DNA of 59,988 bases from Gemmatimonadales bacterium (GTDB lineage Bacteria > Gemmatimonadota > Gemmatimonadetes > Gemmatimonadales > GWC2-71-9): positions 1-59,988 of the forward strand of contig JBBCJC010000013.1 of assembly GCA_037189525.1 (NCBI GenBank), given 5' to 3'. Shown here in pieces: positions 47,764 to 57,327 of the stretch; the first letter of the stretch is position 1, and each line of letters starts with the position of its first letter. The position numbers and the translations under genes are program-made. Below the pieces are notes generated by a model that was given only the letters and a program-made list of their open reading frames with translations, had not been told where the DNA came from and did no database searches.

Positions 47764-48612
47764 TCAGCTACCGAGGAAATCGAGCAGGAGAGTATTGAGG
47801 CGCACCGGCTGATCGAGCATCAGCCAGTGTCCCGCATTGCCGAGTCGTTCGTATCGCCATGGGGCATCGACCATCGGGCCGGACATGGCCATCTGTGCTT
47901 CGAGCAAGAACGGATCGCCCTCGCTCCAGATTCCCATGGTCGGGCACTGGACCTGAACCCAGGCGGGCAAATCGGGTAACGGACCTTCTCCCGGAAAAGG
48001 CGGCATGAACGCCCCGCGATACCAGTTGAGACCGGCGGTGAGCGCACCGGGTCGAGCGAGATCGGTCAGATACCGTTCCTGATCGCCCTGCCCTCGGCTC
48101 CATTCCCGAAAGAGCTGCCAGTCTTGCCGCATGATTTGAGTTTCCGCATAGCCCGTCTTGCAGAAGAAGTCGAAGTACCAGGACTTTTCCCGCTGGGCAA
48201 TGGTTTCCCATCCGGGACTGGTCGGCGCACCAACCGAAAGCACCACCAGGCGATCGATCCGTTCCGGATAGGACCCGGCCACGCTCCAACTGAGCGAGGC
48301 ACCCCAATCGTGACCGACGAGTGTGACTCGATCGAGACCGAGTTGGTCGAGCAGATTCAAAACGTCGGCCACCAGCAGCGGACGTCGGTAGGCGCGCACA
48401 TCGACCGGTCTCGGCGCCTCTCCGAAGCCGCGCAGATCCGGGGCGATGACCCGATAACCGGCGTCGACCAAAGCGGGTATCTGCTGGCGCCAGAGGAAAC
48501 GGGAATCGGGAAAGCCGTGCAGCAAGAGGACCGGACGACCGGCGCCGGCATCGGCGACGGGGAAATCCTCACCGGCCAGGTCGATATGCTTGGTTACGGA
48601 ATGCAGATCCAT
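47764..48612 (-). CDS. Alpha/beta hydrolase, epoxide-hydrolase-like
   Basis: LLHGFP, PDLRGFG, GHDWG, LNWYR, AGHW. Confidence 0.9.
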   Translation of the reverse strand: MDLHSVTKHIDLAGEDFPVADAGAGRPVLLLHGFPDSRFLWRQQIPALVDAGYRVIAPDLRGFGEAPRPVDVRAYRRPLLVADVLNLLDQLGLDRVTLVGHDWGASLSWSVAGSYPERIDRLVVLSVGAPTSPGWETIAQREKSWYFDFFCKTGYAETQIMRQDWQLFREWSRGQGDQERYLTDLARPGALTAGLNWYRGAFMPPFPGEGPLPDLPAWVQVQCPTMGIWSEGDPFLLEAQMAMSGPMVDAPWRYERLGNAGHWLMLDQPVRLNTLLLDFLGS

Positions 48613-48645
48613 GGAGTACTCACGCCGCGCGGTCGGAGAAGGCAG

Positions 48646-49134
48646 TCATCTGGCTGGGCGCCCCATCCAGCGACAGACGGCGCCGGCATATCCCAAGTAC
48701 TCGGCACCAAAGGCAGCCGTCAGGTACCGCTCCTCGGGAGCAATCAGCACGAGATAGCAGGCAACCACAGTCAGCGGCAGGAGCAGCAGCACCCAGGTCA
48801 GCTTGGCAACCAGGGCCAATCCGATCAGGAAGAGGATCGCGCCGATGTAAATAGGATTGCGTGAGTACGAGAAGATCCCGGTCGTGACCAAGTGGCGGGT
48901 TGGGTGACCGGGATCGGTCGGCTGACGAAATCGCGCCAGCTCGCGCCGCGCCGCTCGGACGACCGACAAGCCGCCAAGCATCACAATCACACCAAGCACC
49001 AGGATGACCCCGCGATATCGCGCGCCGGGCAGCGCCACCGGCACCAGCGATTGCAGAGCTATCGCAGCAAGCAGCGGCAGACCGAGCACCACCTCACCGA
49101 TTTGCCACCACCGGTTGTGTGCCGATCTCGTCAT
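48646..49134 (-). CDS. Isoprenylcysteine carboxyl methyltransferase / PEMT family membrane protein
   Basis: LVTTGIFSYSRNPIY, EERYL..FG.EY..Y...V.RW. Confidence 0.88.
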   Translation of the reverse strand: MTRSAHNRWWQIGEVVLGLPLLAAIALQSLVPVALPGARYRGVILVLGVIVMLGGLSVVRAARRELARFRQPTDPGHPTRHLVTTGIFSYSRNPIYIGAILFLIGLALVAKLTWVLLLLPLTVVACYLVLIAPEERYLTAAFGAEYLGYAGAVCRWMGRPAR

Positions 49135-49533
49135 CCGCCTTCTCCGATCGATGGTGCTACACTATCGGGCTGCCAGCGTCAGCGCCAGGCCGACCAGCCC
49201 GGGACTAGCCGCGTCCCTTTCCCACTAACCTGGCTGCTGATCTATAGTATTCCACCAGCCACCGGCATGTCCAGAATCGAGATCCCACTCGATGCCCACC
49301 GGAGGTCCTCGACCCCCACCGTCAACGCCTCTCCTGCGGCCTGCAAGCCGAGGAGAATCAGGCCTGAACCATAGCCGCAGCGACCGCGCCGTCCTCCCCG
49401 CCAAGGGGGCTGGGCCGCGGCGGCTGGCCCTTTGGGGTCCGACGTCGTACACTTCGCATTGGGTGGTGCTCTCCCTGGCTCCAGTGGCATCCTTGCCAGG
49501 ATCGCGCTCCCGGCATCCGCTGCAACATTGACC

Positions 49534-49805
49534 ATGCCCGCGCTCCTTCTCGCGTTAGGCCTGGCGCTTCCCTGGCAGCCGGTCGCTCCCGGGGTCTGGC
49601 ATCGCGAGATCAGGATGGCCGACGACGGGCCGCTATCGGCGGTCAGGGTCATTGCGATCCGCCTCGACCCGGTACAGGTCACGTTCGCGCTCGACAGCGC
49701 AACCCGCGATTACGAGACGCGCGGGCTTGGACATCGGACCGGCTCCCACCTGGTGCGCACGCCGCGCTGAATACGGGCCAATTCATTGGCGGCGTATCCT
49801 GGGGG
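49534..49805 (+). pseudogene. Frameshifted, truncated secreted-protein fragment (possibly phosphodiester-glycosidase-like)
   Basis: MPALLLALG..WQPVAPGVWHRE..AIRLDP; restoring one G near 49723-49725 gives RGAWTSDRLP..ALNTGQFIGG.SWG, after which protein-like sequence is lost. Family assignment is from memory. Confidence 0.5.
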
Positions 49806-49847
49806 TTACGGGATCGGAATCGCAGTGGTTTCAGGACCTGCGGAGCG

Positions 49848-49986
49848 GTCGAGCGATCTCTGCTTCAGCGGCAGACGCGGACGGATCGAAGCAGTCGCGC
49901 CATGAGCGTGCTCAGGCTCGCGGTCGAGGCGGAGCGGTTCGCAAGGGGGGGCCAAGCCGTTCTGGAGCACGCGGGCTGGCGCGAGT
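49848..49986. repeat. Degenerate orphan copy of the attC-like repeat
   Basis: 49864-49903 matches attC5 (58679-58718) at 32/40 nt without gaps; internal inverted repeat 49893-49915 / 49962-49986. Confidence 0.55.
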
Positions 49987-50076
49987 CCGCCGGGCGACTG
50001 ACATTTGATGACGTGATGGATCCCTCGAGGATCCCGTGCATCGATTCGTAGGAACAACTTACAGCCCAGGTCGTCC

Positions 50077-51507
50077 ATGCGTTTCCTCCTCATTGTGGCT
50101 CTTCTCCCTTCGACCCTCCTGGCCCAGCCGCGGGACCGGTTCGACTACTGGGGCCCGCAACGCGTCATGATCCAGCGCGGCCAACAGGCCGTGCTGATGT
50201 GCAACGGTCTCTTCACGTCGAACCGGACTCTGGAGCAGATCTTCGATCAGGAACTGAAGCTCGTCTCGGGCGTGGTGGGAACGGCGCGAGGCGGAGACTA
50301 TGTCGTGGACCAGACGCGGAAAGCGGTCGCGATCGGGGCACCGGGAGGTGACGCACCGGTGATGCGGGCGGCGTTCCGCGACGGGATCGGCTGCGTCGTC
50401 ATGGCACCCAACCAGACCTTCGACGACATCGACAGGCTTCCGAGAATCTCCACGGCGCCGCTCGCCGGGGATGCCGCCACGATCCCGTGGCCGGACGGCG
50501 ACAAGGTCGAGCCGCGCCCGCTCCCGGCCGGCATCAGCGCAGCAGCTCTCCAGGCCGCGTCCGACTGGTCATTCAACCGGTCGAGCCCGGAGCAGGTCAC
50601 CCTCAGCCTATTGGTCGTCCACAAGGGACAGATCATCCACGAGCGATACGCACCTGGCGTGAACGTTTCGACCCGCACCCGCACCTGGTCGACGGCGAAA
50701 AGCATTGCCTCCACCCTGGTGGGCATCCTGGTCGACCAAGGCAAGCTCCGGCTCGACGATCCGCTCGGCATCGAGTGGTTGCCCAAAGCCGAAAGCCCGG
50801 CCGACGATCCGCGTAACGCGATCACCCTCCGCCATGTGCTCAACATGTCGAGCGGGCTCTATCCGATCGACAACGCGGGGCTCGAGTACGCCACGGGTTC
50901 GGGAATGTCCTATTGGGCCGGTGTCAGCTCGATCGAGCAGGCGCGCGACAAAGCATTGGTCCGGAAGCCCGGCTCCACCTGGGACTACGAGAACTACGAT
51001 ACCATTTTGGCCGTGTACCGGATGAAGCTCGCGCTGGGGAGCGACCAGACCTACCTGGAGTGGCCTCGCAAGGCGCTGTTCGACCGCATCGGCATGCGGA
51101 ACACCCTGGTGAGCACGGATCGTTTCGGCGACTTCATCCTGAGCAGTCAGGTCTACACCAACGCGCGAGACCTGGCGCGCTTCGGGCTCCTCTATCTGAA
51201 CAATGGGATGTGGAACGGGCAACGGATCATCTCGGAAGACTGGATCCGCTTCGTCCGTACGCCGGCGCCGTCGAGCGCCGTGCGCGGCCATGACTACGGC
51301 GGCCAGTTTTGGCTGGTGCCCGACAACCGCAAGGGTGAAATCCCGGCCGATGCCTACGCCACCCGAGGCAATCGCGGGCAGTACACGGTGATCGTTCCCT
51401 CGCATGACCTGGTGATCGTACGCCGAGGCCTGGACTATGGGCGACAGGGATTCGACACCTGGGACCTGACGCGGGAAGTACTCAAGGCGTTCCCGGCCAG
51501 GAACTGA
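50077..51507 (+). CDS. Secreted serine hydrolase, beta-lactamase family
   Basis: WSTAKS (SxxK), WDYEN, ARDLARFGLLY, YGGQFW, GNRGQY. Confidence 0.9.
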   Translation: MRFLLIVALLPSTLLAQPRDRFDYWGPQRVMIQRGQQAVLMCNGLFTSNRTLEQIFDQELKLVSGVVGTARGGDYVVDQTRKAVAIGAPGGDAPVMRAAFRDGIGCVVMAPNQTFDDIDRLPRISTAPLAGDAATIPWPDGDKVEPRPLPAGISAAALQAASDWSFNRSSPEQVTLSLLVVHKGQIIHERYAPGVNVSTRTRTWSTAKSIASTLVGILVDQGKLRLDDPLGIEWLPKAESPADDPRNAITLRHVLNMSSGLYPIDNAGLEYATGSGMSYWAGVSSIEQARDKALVRKPGSTWDYENYDTILAVYRMKLALGSDQTYLEWPRKALFDRIGMRNTLVSTDRFGDFILSSQVYTNARDLARFGLLYLNNGMWNGQRIISEDWIRFVRTPAPSSAVRGHDYGGQFWLVPDNRKGEIPADAYATRGNRGQYTVIVPSHDLVIVRRGLDYGRQGFDTWDLTREVLKAFPARN

Positions 51508-51575
51508 AGCATGGAGCTTCGGCAGCCTCGAGACGCTCAACCTGTGCCGACGTCATCGCGCGACCAGGAGACCCG

Positions 51576-52725
51576 ATGCACCAGATGAATCGACGCGGCT
51601 TTGTCGGCACACTCGGCACCTCGGCCGCCGTCGGAATGACGGCGCCCTGGACCATCGATAGCCTCCCAAACCCGGCTCCGTCCGGGCCGGTCACGATGTT
51701 CGGCGACGGGATCAATTTGTCTCCCGCCGAGTACGCCGCACTCCTTGCGCGCCTCAGCGCCGAGAAGGCGCCGTATGCCGACTCGTATCTCCTGGGCGGG
51801 GAGATCGAGGCATTCGAGCGGCACTGGGCCACGATCCTCGGCAAGGAAACCGCAGTGTTCATGCCGTCGGGTACCCTTGCCAACCAACTGGCCCTGCGAA
51901 CGCTTGCCGGGCATCGCCGGCGGGTCATCGTGCCGGAGCCGAGCCATGTCTACAACGATACTGGTGACGCCTGCCAGACCCTCTCCGGCCTGACCCTCCT
52001 CCCGCTCGGCGCCAGAAAGCCGACCTTCACCCTCGCGGAGGTCGAAGCAACCCTCGCCCGCGCCGCCGGCGGGCGCGTGGCGACCGAGGTTGGTGCCATC
52101 CTCGTCGAAAGCCCGATTCGCCGGCTCCGTGGCCAGCTGTTCGATGCCGCGGAAATCGAACGGATCGCCGCGTTCGCCCGCGCCAAGGGAATCGGACTGC
52201 ATCTCGATGGCGCCCGACCCTTCATCGCGTCGGCGTACACCGGCATCTCACCCAAGGACTACGCGGCTCCGTTCGATACTGTCTACGTGTCGCTCTGGAA
52301 GTATTTCAACTGCGGCATCGGCGCGATCCTGGCCGGCCCGAGATCGGTCCTCGACAGGATGTACCACGTCCGGCGGATGTTCGGCGGCAACCTGGCGCAG
52401 GGATGGCCCGCTGCCATGGTCGCGACGCACTACATGGACGGATTTCTCGGCAGGCTCCGGTCAGCCGTGCGGATCTCCGAGGAATTCTTCCAGGCAATTG
52501 CTGCGCAGCCAGGGCTGACCGTCGAGCGGGGTACCTGGTGGCACTAACCTGGCGACGCTGACGCTGGCGGGGCGGGACTGGAGCGGTGTGGCACCCAGGC
52601 TCGCTGCGGAAGGAATTCGCATCACGGCGGACACGAGCCCTCGTCTCACGGTTGCCGTCAACGAGACCTGGAACCGACTCCCAGTGGGGGACCTCAACGG
52701 CCGATTCCGCCGGGCACTGGGATAG
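51576..52725 (+). pseudogene. Tat-signal low-specificity threonine-aldolase-like PLP enzyme with a +1 frameshift near 52528-52531
   Basis: NRRGFV; GKETAVFMPSGTLANQLA; HLDGAR; removing one G gives ERVPGGTNL...VAVNETW...ALG* ending at 52725. Confidence 0.82.
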
Positions 52726-52868
52726 AGCGGAATCCCGGCTTGTGCAATTTCGACGAGTACGCCTAACACCCCGGCCAGCGCCCCCTCATGCCGGGACCAA
52801 CAGCGTGTCAGGTCGCTGATGTCTCCAGCGGCGAAGGCTGCATGTCGCCCTTCCAAGCCGCGGCGCGG

Positions 52869-53465
52869 CTACCGCCTCTCGGCGAAGTAATAGTGGTTCT
52901 CGCCCTCATCCTGCGCTTCGGCCACCCACGTCATACCAGCATCACGCAGTAAGCGCTCGTAGGTGTGCGTCCCGAGGGACTGCGATGGCCGGCCGGTCAT
53001 GGCGTCAAACCATTCGAGGGGCTCTTTCGGAGCCGTGAATAGGAAACGTCCTCCGGGATTGAGCGCGCCAGCCACCTTCTCGATGACAAGCGCTTGCGCT
53101 GCTGGCGTGAGCAAGAACAGGAGCCCCCAGGCCAACACACCATCGAAGGTCCGGTCGAAGAACGCAGACGCTTCGACCGTGTTGTGCTCGATCGGCACAC
53201 CCGGGAAGCGCTCGCGGAAGGCAGCGACCATCGCCGATGAGGCATCGACAGCGTAGGGTACGAGGCCGGCCTCCTGCAGTATCCGTGTGCTCGGTTCACC
53301 GGGGCCGGAGCCGAGATCGAGGACGGTCGCCCCCTGGGGAAAGGCCTGGGCCCACGCTCGGACGATGGCGCCGCCGATCGCATCGCCGACGAGGGGACGG
53401 GTGCCACGTCCGGCAACGTAAAGGCTCGCGATCCCCTCATATCCATTGGAACCATCCTCGCTCAT
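52869..53465 (-). CDS. Class I SAM-dependent methyltransferase
   Basis: VLDLGSGPG, AVDAS, FDGV, LNPGGRFLF. Confidence 0.9.
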   Translation of the reverse strand: MSEDGSNGYEGIASLYVAGRGTRPLVGDAIGGAIVRAWAQAFPQGATVLDLGSGPGEPSTRILQEAGLVPYAVDASSAMVAAFRERFPGVPIEHNTVEASAFFDRTFDGVLAWGLLFLLTPAAQALVIEKVAGALNPGGRFLFTAPKEPLEWFDAMTGRPSQSLGTHTYERLLRDAGMTWVAEAQDEGENHYYFAERR

Positions 53466-53511
53466 GGACACCAACTTGAGTATGTGTTGCCTGCTGCGGA
53501 TCAACGCCGTG

Positions 53512-54474
53512 CTACTGGGATTTCAGAAATGCCGATGCAAATTCCGTGACAGCCGCAGAACCAAGGAGAGACATGTGCGTCGTGTTCGGGATGATCGCGA
53601 GGCGGTTTGGCGATCGTAGCGATCCATCGAGACCGGCGTCGCGTTGTCCCCCGCCCAACAGTTTGTAGAACTCGACGACGTGTTCAGGGCGAATCGCGTC
53701 GGCATCCGCAAACACGAGCAGAGTCGGCGCCTTGATGTCGGCCACGGATGCCGACCAATCGTTGCTGCGATTGGCGAGCTCACCCGTCTTCCTGAACATG
53801 GTCTCCCAATTCACAGACGGATACAGTGATGCGAGCGGCGATTTGCTCACCTCGGCCGCGATCATCGGCGCCGCCGAGGGCATCTGCGCGAAGGCCTCGA
53901 GGACCTCCGGGTAGTAGCCGTCTGATCGAAACGCGGTCGAGATCACAATCAATTTGTCGACGAGTTGGGGATGGCGGATCGCGGTCTGAAGCGCGACGAG
54001 AGCGCCGCTCGAGTACCCCATCACACTGGCCTTCTCGATGCCGAGATGACCCATCAACGCGGCAACGTCATCGGCAAAGGCCTCGAACGACCACGGTCGG
54101 CCGCTGTCCTTGCTCAGGCCGTGGCCCCGGGTATGTATCGCAATGACCTTGTGCCCCTTGGCCATTTCCGCCAGGGGCGCACCGAACATCTCCGAAGGAG
54201 TGACACCCCCGTGCAGCATGATCAGGGGCGGGCCGTCGCCGTAGACCTCGTAGTACAACTCGACGTCGTTGACTTTGGCATAACCCTTCGATTCTGGTGT
54301 ACGCATGGCTTGTGCTCCCGCCGTCGTTGTGAGCGCGGACACGGCAAAGGCCGCGGCAATGAGGAGCAGCAATGGCCGCGTGGCCCTCGCACCGCTTGCC
54401 TTGCCGGTCATGGCGACCAGCAGCTCTATGCCCGTTTCGCGTTGGGCTTCAGGCTCAGGTCGGGACTTTCTCAT
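53512..54474 (-). CDS. Alpha/beta hydrolase (start may be 54411)
   Basis: LYYEVYGDGPPLIMLHGG, RGHG, GYSSG, AIIPNTTH. Confidence 0.88.
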   Translation of the reverse strand: MRKSRPEPEAQRETGIELLVAMTGKASGARATRPLLLLIAAAFAVSALTTTAGAQAMRTPESKGYAKVNDVELYYEVYGDGPPLIMLHGGVTPSEMFGAPLAEMAKGHKVIAIHTRGHGLSKDSGRPWSFEAFADDVAALMGHLGIEKASVMGYSSGALVALQTAIRHPQLVDKLIVISTAFRSDGYYPEVLEAFAQMPSAAPMIAAEVSKSPLASLYPSVNWETMFRKTGELANRSNDWSASVADIKAPTLLVFADADAIRPEHVVEFYKLLGGGQRDAGLDGSLRSPNRLAIIPNTTHMSLLGSAAVTEFASAFLKSQ

Positions 54475-54956
54475 GGTCTTACCAAGGCGACGAGAAGCTC
54501 GTCCAGCTGCTCGAACTGCTCACCTGCCGCACCCGTGCCTGAGCTACCGGAGGCGATGGCCTCGTCGAGAGCTTGCTTCGAAGGATAGAGTTCGGTCATG
54601 ACCAGGAGCGTCTTGCCGTCCTTTTCCTCGAAGGTCACGGTGGTAACGGCATTGTCGGCGCTCTCCTCGTTCGTCCAGACGATACGCGAGTGAGGCATCA
54701 CTTCGATATACCGGCCGAAGAACGCCATCGGCTCCTCGAAGTCAGGGTGGCTGAACACGAAACGGTACGTGCCACCCGTGCGGACATCGGCCTCGCAGGA
54801 AACGAAGGTTATTCCAAACGAGGGCGGCGTCCACCACCGCTTGAGCAACTCGGGCTTGGTCCAGGCCTCGAACACGAGGTGCGCAGGGCCGTTGAAGGTG
54901 CGCGTGACGACCAGCTCACGCTCGGATGTTCGCTCCACCGTCGTGGGGTTCTTCAT
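54471..54956 (-). CDS. SRPBCC / AHSA1-like ligand-binding protein
   Basis: RELVVTRTFNGPAHLVFEAWTKPELLKRWW, DVRTGGTYR. Confidence 0.92.
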   Translation of the reverse strand: MKNPTTVERTSERELVVTRTFNGPAHLVFEAWTKPELLKRWWTPPSFGITFVSCEADVRTGGTYRFVFSHPDFEEPMAFFGRYIEVMPHSRIVWTNEESADNAVTTVTFEEKDGKTLLVMTELYPSKQALDEAIASGSSGTGAAGEQFEQLDELLVALVRP

Positions 54957-55330
54957 GGGGTTGGGCTCACTTTCCTTTTTCGTTTTCCAACGACTCGTTT
55001 CTCCCGTTTCAATTCCTCGACGATCTCGTCCAACTCATCGAAGCGTGCAGCCCAGAGCTGGCGGTACCTCTCGATCCATGCCGCCTCTTCCTCCAGCCGG
55101 CGCACGCCGAGCGTGCACGTTCGTACTCGCCCGACCTTTTCCGTGGTGACGAGCCCTGCCTGCTCCAAGACACCGACGTGCTTCTTCATGCCCGTGAGAG
55201 TCATACGGAACGTCTCGGCAAGCTCCGTAATCGAAGCGTCCGCATGCCCTAGCCGCTCCAGAATGCCGCGTCGGGTGGCGTCCGAGAGCGCGGAGAACGA
55301 GGCATCCAGGTGGGCTTGATACTGAACCAT
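54953..55330 (-). CDS. ArsR/SmtB family transcriptional regulator
   Basis: FSALSDATRRGILERL, KHVGVLEQAGLV..EKVGRVR. Confidence 0.93.
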   Translation of the reverse strand: MVQYQAHLDASFSALSDATRRGILERLGHADASITELAETFRMTLTGMKKHVGVLEQAGLVTTEKVGRVRTCTLGVRRLEEEAAWIERYRQLWAARFDELDEIVEELKREKRVVGKRKRKVSPTP

Positions 55331-55366
55331 ATGGTTCAGTATATATCAGCAGAGCGGCGTGCGCAA
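55319..55366 (-). promoter_or_regulatory. Sigma70-type promoter with a 24-bp palindromic operator for the ArsR-SRPBCC operon
   Basis: TTGCGC (55366-55361), 17 nt, TATACT (55343-55338), then 7 nt to the ATG; perfect palindrome ATACTGAACCATATGGTTCAGTAT at 55319-55342. Confidence 0.8.
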
Positions 55367-55695
55367 GGAGAGGTGGGGTGAGGGCTGCACCCGCGGTACT
55401 TATTCGCGGACGTCCCGGGAGTAGAACCGGGGGTGGCACTCACCAGTCGACCCGTGCACCCGCGACCATCCAGGGACCGCGGTCGAGCGGGACGGGATCG
55501 TCGAGGAACTCGTGGCGCCAGATACACATCTGTATTTCCCATACGATTGCTGGCGGTGGGAAGCGTTCGCTACCGTCGTCTCGACTGATCAGGATCGTAG
55601 CTTCTGCTCGATCGAGCACGGCTGCGTAATAGGTGAAGCTCCGTGCATTAATCGCGTGGAGACCGATGAGTGCTGCAGCTTCCTCATACTAAGCG

Positions 55696-55831
55696 GTCTA
55701 ACGACTTTGGTGTTCAGCGGCAGCCGGAACGGAGCCGAGCGGCCGCGCCAACCTCCCCCCAACATGGGGGCGCGGCCGCGACTTCGGAAGAGGAACCCCG
55801 CCCGGCTGCCCGCTGCAAACCCTTATTAGGC
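55696..55831 (-). repeat. attC-like site 1 (distal, degenerate)
   Basis: + strand GTCTAAC...ATTAGGC, 136 bp; core G-to-A change and mismatched L arms. Confidence 0.85.
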
Positions 55832-55877
55832 AACCGTACGCGGAGACCTACACTTACCCTACCCATGTTCGGTGAAG

Positions 55878-56420
55878 CTACCGGCCACTTCGGTGAAGGT
55901 ACTCAAGCCAATCGGCGCTATCCCGAAGGGATCGAGCAAACACGACTTGCAGACGCGAGGCTTCCGCCTGCAGGGCGCTCCAATCCGGGGCATAATTCCC
56001 TCGCAGTGCAGCATGATACCCCGCACAATGAGCCGCAGCCCAAAGCAGATTCAGCGCTAAAAGAGTTTCGTTGCCACTTTCCGGTCCACGAAAGTCGGAA
56101 ATATAGGCCCGCACACCGCCAAGAAAGCGGCGTGCGCGGCGACGATGTACCGCGATGACCAGTCGAAGCCCATCATCCACCGTGTGACTCCACTCCTCGC
56201 CGCTAGTGCCGATCAGGGCCGTTGCCCGAGCGACCGTTCCCCTGATGAGGCGCCTGCGCTCGGGATCGGTCGTCTGCCAGCTATGATACTGGATCGGAGG
56301 TAAATCCTCGGGAGGGTTCCGCCAGCTGAGAACGCGCGGCCCAAAACCCTCAACCGCCACTAGGATGCGCTCCCGGAGCGGAAAACGGGCCGTCGGCCGC
56401 ACAAAGTCCACGCTGCTCAT
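55878..56420 (-). CDS. Cassette ORF A, hypothetical protein (180 aa)
   Basis: Single ORF filling the space between attC1 and attC2 in array orientation. Confidence 0.7.
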   Translation of the reverse strand: MSSVDFVRPTARFPLRERILVAVEGFGPRVLSWRNPPEDLPPIQYHSWQTTDPERRRLIRGTVARATALIGTSGEEWSHTVDDGLRLVIAVHRRRARRFLGGVRAYISDFRGPESGNETLLALNLLWAAAHCAGYHAALRGNYAPDWSALQAEASRLQVVFARSLRDSADWLEYLHRSGR

Positions 56421-56468
56421 GGTTGGGTTGTCATTCGGAGCGAGTGAATATGGGAGCCTAGTCAGGTT

Positions 56469-56609
56469 GCCTAACGACTTTGGTGTTCAGCGGCAGGCGC
56501 GCGCACGGAGCCGAGCGGCCGCACCAGCCTCCCAACCAACATGGGGGCGCGGCCGCGACTCCGCAAACCGGCACCCCGCGCGCCTGCCCGCTGCAACACC
56601 TTGTTAGGC
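56469..56609 (-). repeat. attC-like site 2
   Basis: GCCTAAC...GTTAGGC, 141 bp; L boxes GTTCAGC / GCTGCAAC on the + strand. Confidence 0.9.
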
Positions 56610-56610
56610 C

Positions 56611-57153
56611 TCACGATTGCTCGGTAACCGCTGCGACAAGACTCGGCCAGGGACAGGTCTCGTCCAGCCAACAAATGCTACTAACCGGATCAGCCCAGAT
56701 TCCGCGCTCAACAACGCTCACGAACTGCGGTGGTACCCAGGTGACCAAAAAATTTCGACCAGAGGAATCACACACCGACGGTACGGAAATAAAGGCAACC
56801 CAGGGCGGCGTATTGTACACGTCGAAGTAACCCTGTGTCTCCGCTTCCGCCGCCCCGTCACTTATCTCCGCATCGGGATAATAAAGCAGAAGCCGACCAC
56901 CCGCGGAACCGCGATGGGGGCGCGCCCGGCCACGCCTCAACTGGTGAACGCGGTTGAGGGCGACATGTTTAACCGCTTCCGCATAGGAGGGTTCCAAAGG
57001 ACGTGGTGCGAGGTCCGTCGTCCGCAAGCATGTCTTTGGAGCAGCGACGTCCACTCGAGGCTTACACCAAGCGACAACTTCCGCCAGCCGATCCCATAAG
57101 GGATCGAACGAGGCGGTACAATTGGGCTCAGTCTGGATATCTTCTTTACTCAT
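56611..57153 (-). CDS. Cassette ORF B, hypothetical protein (180 aa)
   Basis: Stop codon 1 nt from attC2; globular-looking core GRLLLYYPD..SDGAAEAETQGYFDVYNTPPW..LVTWVP. Confidence 0.8.
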   Translation of the reverse strand: MSKEDIQTEPNCTASFDPLWDRLAEVVAWCKPRVDVAAPKTCLRTTDLAPRPLEPSYAEAVKHVALNRVHQLRRGRARPHRGSAGGRLLLYYPDAEISDGAAEAETQGYFDVYNTPPWVAFISVPSVCDSSGRNFLVTWVPPQFVSVVERGIWADPVSSICWLDETCPWPSLVAAVTEQS

Positions 57154-57184
57154 GAAGCGGCCTAGTACCTGATGGTCGCGTGAG

Positions 57185-57321
57185 GCCTAACGACTTTGGG
57201 TTTCAGCGGCGGCCGGGCACGGAGCCGAGCGGCCGCGCTATCCTCAGCTAACATGAGGGCGCGGCCGCGACTCGGGAAGAGGAGCGTCGCCCGGCCGTCC
57301 GCCTGCAAACCCTTGTTAGGC
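57185..57321 (-). repeat. attC-like site 3
   Basis: GCCTAAC...GTTAGGC, 137 bp. Confidence 0.9.
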
Positions 57322-57327
57322 CGCTTG

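Noticed and set aside
52761..52868. GCCTAAC downstream of the methyltransferase as another attC
   Set aside because: No matching L boxes or closing GTT core; a 7-mer match is expected by chance.
12728..55330. Long overlapping antisense or alternate-frame ORFs (e.g. 13735-16059, 20418-23030, 33760-35520, 37994-40147)
   Set aside because: Shadow ORFs expected from high-GC codon bias over clearly identifiable genes; no motifs.
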